From positions 273 to 64,272 of the forward strand of contig JANWWP010000034.1 of assembly GCA_025055575.1 (NCBI GenBank): a DNA stretch of 64,000 bases. Reading direction: 5' to 3'. This document shows positions 18,101 to 29,405 of this stretch, piece by piece (position 1 is the first letter of the stretch; each line of letters opens with the position of its first letter). The notes under the pieces were generated by a model. It did not search any database. It was not told the origin of the DNA and worked only from the letters and a program-made list of their open reading frames with translations. The translations under genes and the position numbers were made by a program. Source of the DNA: Flavobacteriales bacterium. Its GTDB lineage: Bacteria > Bacteroidota > Bacteroidia > CAIKAF01.

Positions 18101-19634
18101 CATCTTTATCCACGTTGTAATTCGCCAATCCGGCCACGCTGATGCGCATTAAAAACTGACGTACCATGCTGGGGTCGTCTTTGAAGTGTCGGGCCATTTC
18201 GGCGCCTGTGAAGGTGCGGGTTTTGTGTTTATCGCAATATTGTTTAATGAGGTGTAGGGGCGAAATCTCTCCTACGCCGTCCAGGCGGTCGTATTGAAGT
18301 TCGCGGAAGTAGAAGTTGGAACGCAAGGTGGCTTTGGATTCGGCAGAGCCTTTAATGGAGGTGAGGGTGATGAAAGGTTCATCCAGCTTCCAGTAGATCG
18401 CTTCCACATCCATGTCCACATCGTGCCAGGAGTTGCGATACCAACTTTGCACCATGCCCTGGCCTTCGCGCAAAAGAGATACCTCGCGTTTGTCGGTCAG
18501 CAGTTTGAAGCTTAGTCCGGGATGGTAGATGCTGTCCGTTTTGCCGTTCCAATCCAGGTAGAGGGTGACAGAAGCCCTATCGGAAGCCACCTGGTTTTTC
18601 CTGAACGAGAAATTCTGGGAGGCCGCAACCATAAATAATTTATCCTTCCGGTAAAAAAGCAGGCGCGAGGGATTCTCGGCATCGCCCGTGCCGGCTAAGC
18701 GGTTGCCATGCCAGGAAAAGCCGCCCTCGTAGTCCACGCCCTGGGTGACGTTTTTAAGTTTCACGCGTTTCTCATACGAAGTGAATTTTGGATACAAGGC
18801 ATTGTCGGGGTTCACGCCGGCTAACACTTTTTCTTCCAGTTTTCCATACACGGGCTTGGGGAAATAATCTGTGTGGACAAAGAGCACGCTGTCCGCCTCG
18901 TAAGTAGGCGCTTTAAGGTCAATTCGATAGCGGTTCAGACGCGCGTTCACTTTTTCGCGGGGCAGAGCGGCGCGGTCCCAATACACATCGCCGCCTTTTC
19001 CACTCCAGGATCCGTTCACCACATCATACATGCCCTGGGTTTTGAAGATGATACCGCTGTCTCCGCGGGAGCGCACCACCAAATCAAGGGCCGGAAATCG
19101 AATGACGGGGTCCCGCCCTTCCTGCCAGTCATACTGCCAGGGGGTTTGTGTTTTGGCACACCATTCCACCGAGGAAGTTTTATAAAACACCTGACGGGCG
19201 AACAGCTGAACCGAATTTTCCAGGAAGTCGGTGAGCCCGCCGATGGTGAGCCTTTTGTTTTTAATTAAATAGCGCAGGCTGTTTTCCCATTTTTCAAACT
19301 CACTTTCCGGCACTTGAAATTCTTTGCGGGCAAAATGGCATTGAATGTATAAATCCAGATGAGGAAAGGGACGGAGGCGATTTTTGAGAAGTTCGTTCAG
19401 CCCGGCGCTGAGGCGTTGCACGTCATCGTCATTGAAAAAACCGGATTTAAAAGCCTTTTCCAGTTTTTCCACAAGCTCCTTTCCTTTATCCCTGTCCACC
19501 GGAAGAAAAACCTGTTCGGCCTCTTTCAGAAAACGGTTTTTATCTGGTGTGAACGTGGCCATTTGGCCTAAAATCCGTGCCGGGCCGCTCAAGAAGAGCA
19601 GCAGGAGGAAAAGAAAACGTCTTCCGCGCCCCAT
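15177..19634 (-). CDS. Large exported beta-rich hypothetical protein (1485 aa)
   Basis: Long uninterrupted ORF with a signal peptide (ILG-Q), a helical N-terminus and then alternating-hydrophobic beta-strand patterns. No catalytic motif recognised. Confidence 0.85.
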   Translation of the reverse strand: MGRGRRFLFLLLLFLSGPARILGQMATFTPDKNRFLKEAEQVFLPVDRDKGKELVEKLEKAFKSGFFNDDDVQRLSAGLNELLKNRLRPFPHLDLYIQCHFARKEFQVPESEFEKWENSLRYLIKNKRLTIGGLTDFLENSVQLFARQVFYKTSSVEWCAKTQTPWQYDWQEGRDPVIRFPALDLVVRSRGDSGIIFKTQGMYDVVNGSWSGKGGDVYWDRAALPREKVNARLNRYRIDLKAPTYEADSVLFVHTDYFPKPVYGKLEEKVLAGVNPDNALYPKFTSYEKRVKLKNVTQGVDYEGGFSWHGNRLAGTGDAENPSRLLFYRKDKLFMVAASQNFSFRKNQVASDRASVTLYLDWNGKTDSIYHPGLSFKLLTDKREVSLLREGQGMVQSWYRNSWHDVDMDVEAIYWKLDEPFITLTSIKGSAESKATLRSNFYFRELQYDRLDGVGEISPLHLIKQYCDKHKTRTFTGAEMARHFKDDPSMVRQFLMRISVAGLANYNVDKDVCEMTDRFFHFINARARKTDYDIIEFNSLTGDINGKLSLLDYDLRMSGVNKIIMSDSQSVFVYPKRGDLVLKKDMDFSMDGQVASGRIISYGKKFDYLNEKFKMLLENVDSVRIRVPSREPDEKGNRPLRNVITVIEQVNADLQIDRPDNKSGLKGLAEYPIYTSKRPSFCYYDRKSIEGGVYPRQTFYFQLDPFVIDSLDVFDTEKLALDGTFVSAGIFPDFREKIVIMPDYSLGFLRKTPESGMPVYGGAGQYYNEISLSHKGLRGRGQLKYLASTAQSDDFKWYPDSMNTLAKKFNIERTTGRVEYADVQAEDVQVHWEPMKDKFLVSMTDKPMKMFKGESEMHGTINLTSRGLTGTGRLDMGSAEMKSNQFVFRADVTRADTTSFALKNLEQATGDLSSMSFTTENVKADVSFTAREGRFISNSSESFINFPINKYKAYMEEMIWYMDKGEVDLNTRKVESIDLKGALFVSTKPEQDSLSFVSPKARFTQSTNTIYGEDVKFMDVADSRVFPDKGKVVIRRDAAMDPLKNARIDMPASSPRYVITDADIKVDGRFKISGTGKYTYVDESGKANVVNITKIDIDTARQMYARGRVNEEDNFTFNPRLSFKGDLMINSQKDEILFEGACRLNHSCAAVSKSWMKFQARINPKDIFIPVPPDPKDELNRPLFNGFAYASDSSGIYPVMFATKKASGDQEVIRVSGLLRYDKSTNEYKITTKEKFGNPALPDPMMIFNAAECSATAEGVMDLGNRMGQVQDKAVGRITYDPKNANTSLDLLLLLQFPLENDFVNLMLEKIMKGEKNTADLKDAEFQKNLAALISDPRRLNRFKEDIREGDVRKLPDELEKTVALSGIHLVWDKARKSLVHNGSAALLALGGKPVLKNLTVKLEFFRRRGGDGFHLYLEPEQGTYYFFAYRNNVMSLVSSSEEFNKKLAEMDPKKRQVEGKEGQPPFTLTPGTQRRAQQFADELK

Positions 19635-19744
19635 GAATCTTAGGTTTGACTTGACAAATTAAACATATTTCCTGGGTGGGAAGCCCTTTCCGTAGGAAAG
19701 AAATTATTTTTTTCGCAGGAGCGGATAGTTTTGCGGTAACTTTT

Positions 19745-20758
19745 ATGGAAACACCGACAAAGTTGCGGAACATTATCACCATCAACGAATTTATTCGCCG
19801 TCAGGAAATGGAAGCAGATCAAGCCACGGGGGAGCTTTCCGGTCTTTTGATGGACTTGGTCCTGGCTTCCAAAATCGTCAACCGTGAGGTCAACAAGGCC
19901 GGGTTGGTCAATATTTTAGGCAGCGAAAGCACAGCCAACGCCAGCGGCGAAACCCAGATGAAGTTGGATGTATTTGCCAACGAGCAATTTATAGCCGCTC
20001 TGGAAAACGGTGGACATTGCCTGGCCGTAGCTTCGGAAGAATTGGACCATCTGCTCACCTTCGACCGCGCCCGGCAACGGGGCGCCCACTACATCGTCGC
20101 CATGGACCCTTTGGATGGTTCCTCAAATATTGATGTGAACGTTTCGATAGGCACCATCTTTTCAGTTTTCAGAGTGGAGCCAGGCAAGCGTGTAATAATG
20201 GAGGATTTTTTTCAGCCGGGGCGCCGGATGGTGGCGGCCGGCTACATTTTATATGGCAGCAGCACCATGCTAGTGTTCACGACGGGTCAGGGGGTGAATG
20301 GGTTCACATTGGATCCTTCCATTGGGGAATATTGCCTGTCCCATGCGGATATATGCATCCCTGAGGTGGGCGCCCTTTATTCCGTGAACGAGGGGAATGT
20401 GCCGGAAATGCCCCCCGGGGTGGTGGCTTATCTTCAGGAATGCAAAACCCGCCACAATCCGGCCGGTAAAGTGCATTCAGCCCGGTACATCGGTTCCCTG
20501 GTGGCAGATTTTCATCGCAACCTTTTGAAAGGAGGTATCTATTTATATCCACCCACTCAAAAAGATCCGAACGGGAAATTAAGGCTGCTCTATGAATGCG
20601 CGCCACTGGCCTTTGTGTGCGAGCAGGCGGGAGGAATGGCGAGTGATGGAGAGCGGAGTGTGATGGATATTGTGCCGGAAGGTTTACATCAACGCTGTCC
20701 GCTTTATATAGGAAGTCCCAGGATGGTACAACGGCTGTTGGCGTGTTTGCATGGATGA
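19745..20758 (+). CDS. fbp: Class 1 fructose-1,6-bisphosphatase
   Basis: KLDVFANE, ASEE, DPLDGSSNIDVNVSIGTIF, RYIGSLVADFHRNLLKGG and KLRLLYE motifs. TAGTTTTG at 19726-19733 supports ATG 19745. Confidence 0.98.
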   Translation: METPTKLRNIITINEFIRRQEMEADQATGELSGLLMDLVLASKIVNREVNKAGLVNILGSESTANASGETQMKLDVFANEQFIAALENGGHCLAVASEELDHLLTFDRARQRGAHYIVAMDPLDGSSNIDVNVSIGTIFSVFRVEPGKRVIMEDFFQPGRRMVAAGYILYGSSTMLVFTTGQGVNGFTLDPSIGEYCLSHADICIPEVGALYSVNEGNVPEMPPGVVAYLQECKTRHNPAGKVHSARYIGSLVADFHRNLLKGGIYLYPPTQKDPNGKLRLLYECAPLAFVCEQAGGMASDGERSVMDIVPEGLHQRCPLYIGSPRMVQRLLACLHG

Positions 20759-21947
20759 GTCCCTGGTTTCGCCCAAAGACATCGTTCGGCACATCCTCGC
20801 GCGCTTCGGGCCCCGGCGGGCCGGCAGCGCGGCGGAACAGGAAGCCCAGCAATGGTTGGCGGACTACTTGAGCACCCTGGAGGGAGTTCGGGTACGGCAA
20901 TTGCCTTTTCAGGCGCCTTTGCGCTCTAAATTTCAGTCCTCCCGTTTGATTTGGCCCCTGTTTGGGGCCGCTTATGTTTTGGTTTTTGTGTTTCAGAATG
21001 GGCTGTGGGGTTTTCTTTTATCGTCGTTGGCAGCTGTTTTTTTCTTTCTGCATTTTGTTTCGTACCGCCACATTTTGGATTTTTTATTTTCCCGTTCCTC
21101 TTCCCTCAATGTGGAAGCGGTATGGGAACCGCCCGACGGCACACCGCGGCGCACCGTCGTTCTATCTGGTCATATAGATAGCACACCGGAATTTATTTGG
21201 TGGTACAGGTTGGGCCACGTGTCGGCGCAATGGATGGTATTGAGCGGGGCCCTTTTGATGCTTTTTCCGGCTGTGGCTTTGTTAGGTTGGATTTGGAATC
21301 CAATTCAGGACAGTGTATTGTGGAAGACCGCTGTGCCAAGTGTCTGGAGCCTGGCTTTATTAGGAAGCCTTCAATTCATTTTTATTCATGGCCGGCGGGT
21401 GGTGGATGGCGCCCAGGACAATTTGTCCGGGATCGCCTGCGCCCTCCACACTTTCCGGCAATGTGTTCACAATAAAAGCCTCCGCAACACACGTCTGGTT
21501 TTTGTGTCTTTTGGCGCAGAAGAAACGGGTCTCAGAGGATCGGACCATTATGTTCGCCATCATGTAGCGAAAGCTTATCCAGACTCGGAAGTATTAAATA
21601 TCAATCTGGATGGAATTTTGCTTACCAATCACCTGAATTTTATCACGGCAGAGCCCAGCATTTGGATTCGGCATAATGCGGCCCTGATTCAAAGGCTGCG
21701 GGCCTCCTTTGAAGCATGTGGCCTTCCCACCGGAAAAGGCCCTTTGTGGATCGGCGCCACCGATGGCGCTTCATTTGCCCGCCACGGCTACCGAAGCGCT
21801 ACCTTAGTGGGGTTGCCTCTGGGCCGTCTTCATCCCACCTACCACACCCGACGGGATACCTTGGACCAGCTGGACGGGCCGGGACTTGTAAAGGTGTGCA
21901 AAGCCTTGGAAAAAGCCTTGTCAGAAATAGATTCTCAAGACGTTTAA
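20751..21947 (+). CDS. Membrane-embedded M28 family metallopeptidase
   Basis: SGHIDS, GAQDNLSG, GAEETGLRGS, NLDG and YHTRRD zinc-ligand motifs, interrupted by two hydrophobic hairpins. Confidence 0.85.
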   Translation: MDESLVSPKDIVRHILARFGPRRAGSAAEQEAQQWLADYLSTLEGVRVRQLPFQAPLRSKFQSSRLIWPLFGAAYVLVFVFQNGLWGFLLSSLAAVFFFLHFVSYRHILDFLFSRSSSLNVEAVWEPPDGTPRRTVVLSGHIDSTPEFIWWYRLGHVSAQWMVLSGALLMLFPAVALLGWIWNPIQDSVLWKTAVPSVWSLALLGSLQFIFIHGRRVVDGAQDNLSGIACALHTFRQCVHNKSLRNTRLVFVSFGAEETGLRGSDHYVRHHVAKAYPDSEVLNINLDGILLTNHLNFITAEPSIWIRHNAALIQRLRASFEACGLPTGKGPLWIGATDGASFARHGYRSATLVGLPLGRLHPTYHTRRDTLDQLDGPGLVKVCKALEKALSEIDSQDV

Positions 21948-22933
21948 TCCAGCGCCTGTCCGCCGGTTTCTGCGCTGTTTACCAGGGTTTCATAATCTTC
22001 CGGGGAGAGATCTCCGTAGAAATAATGAATGGGATTAACGGGAGCCCCGTTTTTATGCACTTCATAATGCACATGAGGCCCTACGCACTTTCCTGTGCAT
22101 CCTATTAATCCTATTTTCTCTCCTCTTTTCACTTCCTGTCCGGGCTTCACAAGAATTTTACTCATGTGGCCATACAGGGTGCGGAAGCCAAATCCATGAT
22201 CCAGCACCACATGAAGGCCATATCCACTGCCATCGGATCCAGCGAAAACAACCCGGCCCTGGCCTGTGGCAAAAATGGGCTTTCCTAAAGCGGCTATGAA
22301 ATCCAGGCCTGTATGGAAGCGGGGTGTTCGGTACACCGGATCGGTGCGCATCCCATAGCCCCCGATGGAGGTTTGGAGATCGGTTATCTTAACAGGCATA
22401 ATAGCTGGCACCGACCGGATAAATTCGTCCTTGCGTTGCACCAGCTGCATCAATTCCTGCAAGGATGCCGCCTGGATTCTTAAACGTCCTTCCAGCCATT
22501 TCATTTTAGTTTGTATCCGCTCCAGCAAAACCTTGTTTTCAAGACCAGAAAATGGAGGTACACTATCCCGCAGCGCGGCAAAGTGCAGCCGCTGTGGGGC
22601 CGGGGCTTCAAAAATGGCCCGGTACACTGCCGTGTCCCTTTTCTCCAATTCCGCCAAAACGGAAGAAGCCTTCTCAAGCCGTCCTTCCAAAATCTCAAAC
22701 TGCTCTTTCATCACTTCCAGCTCACGCCGGTATCTTTTTTCTCCGGGGGAGGAGAAAAAGGTGTAGGCGATGTACACGGCCGCAGCGCCAATCATAAATA
22801 TCACGGCCACCACCCGACCGACACGCCATATGCGTTCGGCGGGCGGATCCTGCACCGGCTCATATTGTAAGGTGTGCGGATTATATTTGAAGCGGCGGTT
22901 TTCCAGAGTCTTCTCAATGAAGGTCAACGGCAA
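21944..22933 (-). CDS. M23 family metallopeptidase with N-terminal TM segment and coiled coil
   Basis: HTGLDF, GYGLHVVLDHG, TLYGHMS and GPHVHYEV motifs. Start codon uncertain. Confidence 0.93.
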   Translation of the reverse strand: MPLTFIEKTLENRRFKYNPHTLQYEPVQDPPAERIWRVGRVVAVIFMIGAAAVYIAYTFFSSPGEKRYRRELEVMKEQFEILEGRLEKASSVLAELEKRDTAVYRAIFEAPAPQRLHFAALRDSVPPFSGLENKVLLERIQTKMKWLEGRLRIQAASLQELMQLVQRKDEFIRSVPAIMPVKITDLQTSIGGYGMRTDPVYRTPRFHTGLDFIAALGKPIFATGQGRVVFAGSDGSGYGLHVVLDHGFGFRTLYGHMSKILVKPGQEVKRGEKIGLIGCTGKCVGPHVHYEVHKNGAPVNPIHYFYGDLSPEDYETLVNSAETGGQALD

Positions 22934-22938
22934 ATTAA

Positions 22939-25831
<2,893 letters not shown>

Positions 25832-25835
<4 letters not shown>

Positions 25836-26671
25836 ACGTGGATCCCCTATGCATTTTTTTCAAGGATGTTGCCCTGCCCTGCATCGCAGCTATCAGTTTC
25901 TTGGGGCTGAATAATGTACAATATCGTTTGCCCCTGGACCAGCGCTACGCTGTTTTTCTCTTTTTCGCCACAGCATTTGCATACGCCGGCCAACGGCTGG
26001 TGCGAAGCTTTCAAAAAGGCTCCGAAGAAGTGCGTTTCACAGTGTATCGGCGCTATCCTATCCTGTGGACGGCGCTCCTGACCACGTTTTTCTGGCTGGC
26101 AGTTTTCTTTTTTCTCCAACTGGGGCCTTTTCAGATAACTGGAATTTGCGCTTTGGCCATAATCTCAGTGGCGTACATCTGGTGGCCGGTAGGAAAGCGA
26201 ATTCCTTTACGCTCCAACGGTCTCCTAAAATCTTTTTGGGCAGCGGGTGTGTGGGCCTGGGCCTCGTTCACCCTGCCGGCATTAGAAGCTGCCATGCCCT
26301 GGCATCTGTGTTTAGTGTACACGGTTTCCAGAGCCTTGTTTGTGCTGGGCTTGATTTTGCCCTTTGACGCCTGCCAGGCTTCTGAAGATATGGCCTTGGG
26401 CATCAAAACATTGCCAGTTTTGCTGGGCCGAAGGCAATTTATTAAGCTCTACAACGCCATCTGGCTACTCTATCTGATTTTAGAGGGAATGCCACTTTTC
26501 ATCCACCAAGGGTTACAATGGAGCGCTGCAATGAATGTGGTGGCATTTGTCTGGTTGATAATCCCGCCGGTATTTTTGAAATATTTGCCCTGCCACAGAA
26601 TGTGGGTCCTAGATACCCTTCCAACAATAGCCTTAATTTTCCATTTTCTAATTCCGCGCTTGGTCAGCTAG
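25832..26671 (+). CDS. UbiA prenyltransferase-like membrane protein
   Basis: About 8-9 TM segments; LILPFD...D...GIKTLPVLLG resembles the second Asp-rich UbiA motif. Confidence 0.65.
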
Positions 26672-26672
26672 G

Positions 26673-29282
26673 TTATTTCTGTCGGGAATCCACTTCTTTC
26701 TGAGGGGAAGACATTTCGTATATTCTGAATTCTACGCGGCGGTTCAACTGACGGCCTTCCGGATTGTCGGACCCGTCCGCTTTTGTATTAGGTGCTGCCG
26801 GTTTTGTAAAGCTGTAATAACTGTACTTCATACGATCTTTAGAGATGCCATGTTCATACAGCCAGTTGTAAGCTGTGAGCGCCCTGTTTAAGGAGAGCTG
26901 AACATTGTATTCATAGGTGCCGATAATGTCGCAGTGGGCAAACATTTCCACTTTCGAATTTGGGTCATCCTGCAAAATTTTGAGAACCTTTTGAATATCC
27001 CTTAAAGCATCGGGCCTAAGGTTGTACTTGTCAAAATCAAAATAGATGTTTTTAACAGCCACTAACTTCTCGGAGAAAGGCTTTTCCAGATAAAAGTTCT
27101 TTTCATATTCCGTTTGGCCTTCAGCCATAATGATTTCAAAACGCTCTTCACCGGTGTTGTAACCGTCTGAATTGACCACAGCGAAATACACAGTATTAGT
27201 TTTTAATTCGGTTGTTGAATAGCCAGTTTTTGCGCTATTGTTTAAAGTGAGAATTTCTTTACCCTTTTCATCTAATATTTTGATGGTTCCATTAAGTTTT
27301 TCGTTGGTTTTTCGGTCGAAAATGGTTCCAAATATGCGGATACCGCGTGCCACGGTGACTTTGGAAACATAAAAGTTCTTTTCAAAAACGGTTTGACCGG
27401 GCGCGAGGTTTACAGTAAATGACTCTGAAACGGGGGGGTAGCCTTGAGCTTCAACGCGTGCATTATAGGAAGCACCTTGAGAAGTAGTCGTCTGGTAGCC
27501 TGTGTTAGGATCCGAGTCCAGAGTCTTTTTTTCATCGGCATTGGTGCGTTGCAGTTCAATTTTTGCAGAAACTTTTTTATTGGTATTCACATCAATAACA
27601 CTTCCTTTCAGAGTGAGCATGATGGCTTTTTCTAAATAGAAGTCTTTGCGCATTTGCAGGCTGTCCAGGTTGGTGAGAACGGTTTTGAACACTTCTTCGT
27701 AGGGCTGGTAGCCATTGGCCGAAATTTGGGCTTTGTAGAATTTTGAAACTTTAGCTTCACGGGTAAAATAATTCCCTGGATCCACGTTAGAGGCGAGAGA
27801 AAGCGGAGACTGGTCTTCGGTGTTAATCAATTTAATTTTTGCATCGCGGATCACTTGTTTCGTTTTCGTATCGTAAACAGTACCAAAAAGAACCATTTCC
27901 AATTTGTCTAAGAAGGACATTCGATACAGGTCCTTTTCACCAAAACCGCCTCTACGGTTGCTATCGAAAATGGCTGTTTTGCCATCGCGTGATACCACAA
28001 AAAAGACATCATTTCCGGGAGAATTGATAGGATAGCCTAAGTTTACAGGCTTTGAAAAGACACCGTTGCTGTAAGTGGATTTAAAAAAGTCGTAGCCGCC
28101 CATGGATGTGTGGCCTTCTGAAGCGAAATACAGGGTGTTGCCGTCAAAATCCATGAAAACAGCGTCTTCGTTCCATTCCGTGTTCAGTTCGTTAACAGGC
28201 CTGATATTCACATATTTACCTTCGGCTTCGCTGAAAGTCGCCATAAAAATATCCAGCCCCCGGGCGCCCTTATCGGGATCGTTGGATACAAAAAGTATGG
28301 TTTTTCTGTCGGGAAGGAAGGTGGCGTGCGTTTCCCTGTATTTAGAGTTAATACCTTCCAGAGGCCGGGCGTCCGACCATTCCGTCCCATTAAAAGTGGC
28401 CTCAAATAAATCCGAGTCCGTAGCGCTTTTGGGACGGCAGATTATCATGCGCTTCCCGTCGGAGGTGATGGCCACTGTGGCATCGTGGTTGGGAGTGTTG
28501 ATTTTTCCTGGCACCTGGCGCGCTGAAACATAGTTGCCCGTGGAGTCTTTGAATGTGTAGTAGATATCCTCAAAATAAAATACGTCGCCCGGTGGAATGC
28601 CTCCGCCCGTGGTGTTGGGCCGCCGTGAAGTAAAAAATATTTGCTCGAAGTTTTCGGTAAAAATTCCTGAATAATCCGGATAGCGTGAATTAATGTTACG
28701 ACCCAGATTGATAATAGCTACCGGGATGGTGTCTTTGCAAATTTCTTTACCATTTTTGCATTGGTTGGCAGCATGTCTTAATCGATAAATTTCCTGTTCA
28801 ATCTCTTTAATCCTTGCTTTGTCCTTTGTATTGCCTTTTTCGGCTTCAAGGGTGGCAATATAATCGGCATAGGCGGCGGCTGCACGGTCCCATTGATAGT
28901 CCAAATGCAGGAGTTCAGCAGTTAATTTTTGCGCTTCTTTTTTGTATTTATTATCCAGTTGGCCGGCCCTGTCATAGTATTCAGCGGCTTCGCCTTTGAG
29001 TCCCAAAGCATTGTAAATAATTCCCAGCTTGTAGTTCAGGTCTGCATTGTTGGGGTTGAAACGGTAGGCTTCCAGGTAATACCGAAGCGCCTTCTCAAAT
29101 CCGCTGGGACCTAAGGACAATTGCTCATCCCCCTGAGTGAGGGCTTCGTAGGCTTTTCGAAAGCCTTCAGGATCCTGGGGAAAGTTTTGTTTTTTAAATT
29201 CCACATTTTGGGCCCGCGCCCACGAGACGAATAAAATAGTAATAGGTAGAATTAAACCGAGAATGGAAATTTTACTTTTCAT
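26673..29282 (-). CDS. PorE-like TPR / PD40 beta-propeller / 3x carboxypeptidase-regulatory-like / OmpA peptidoglycan-binding protein
   Basis: TPR helices; NLGRNINS, FFTSRR, LYFASEGHTSMGGYD and NLGYPINS PD40 repeats; NIYFDFDK..LS..RA..NRRVEF OmpA domain. Confidence 0.9.
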   Translation of the reverse strand: MKSKISILGLILPITILFVSWARAQNVEFKKQNFPQDPEGFRKAYEALTQGDEQLSLGPSGFEKALRYYLEAYRFNPNNADLNYKLGIIYNALGLKGEAAEYYDRAGQLDNKYKKEAQKLTAELLHLDYQWDRAAAAYADYIATLEAEKGNTKDKARIKEIEQEIYRLRHAANQCKNGKEICKDTIPVAIINLGRNINSRYPDYSGIFTENFEQIFFTSRRPNTTGGGIPPGDVFYFEDIYYTFKDSTGNYVSARQVPGKINTPNHDATVAITSDGKRMIICRPKSATDSDLFEATFNGTEWSDARPLEGINSKYRETHATFLPDRKTILFVSNDPDKGARGLDIFMATFSEAEGKYVNIRPVNELNTEWNEDAVFMDFDGNTLYFASEGHTSMGGYDFFKSTYSNGVFSKPVNLGYPINSPGNDVFFVVSRDGKTAIFDSNRRGGFGEKDLYRMSFLDKLEMVLFGTVYDTKTKQVIRDAKIKLINTEDQSPLSLASNVDPGNYFTREAKVSKFYKAQISANGYQPYEEVFKTVLTNLDSLQMRKDFYLEKAIMLTLKGSVIDVNTNKKVSAKIELQRTNADEKKTLDSDPNTGYQTTTSQGASYNARVEAQGYPPVSESFTVNLAPGQTVFEKNFYVSKVTVARGIRIFGTIFDRKTNEKLNGTIKILDEKGKEILTLNNSAKTGYSTTELKTNTVYFAVVNSDGYNTGEERFEIIMAEGQTEYEKNFYLEKPFSEKLVAVKNIYFDFDKYNLRPDALRDIQKVLKILQDDPNSKVEMFAHCDIIGTYEYNVQLSLNRALTAYNWLYEHGISKDRMKYSYYSFTKPAAPNTKADGSDNPEGRQLNRRVEFRIYEMSSPQKEVDSRQK

Positions 29283-29305
29283 ATGGGAATTATTATTCTT
29301 ACCTG

Positions 29306-29313
29306 CAAAAATA
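29306..29313 (-). promoter_or_regulatory. -7 promoter element of the OmpA-family gene
   Basis: TATTTTTG on the minus strand, 23 nt before the ATG. Confidence 0.6.
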
Positions 29314-29405
29314 GATGAATCATGTTTTACTTTAATGATTTTCCGAGATTTTCTAAATATTCTTTGTCTGCTATCAAATATTCAATTACCATGGATAAGG
29401 GGTTA

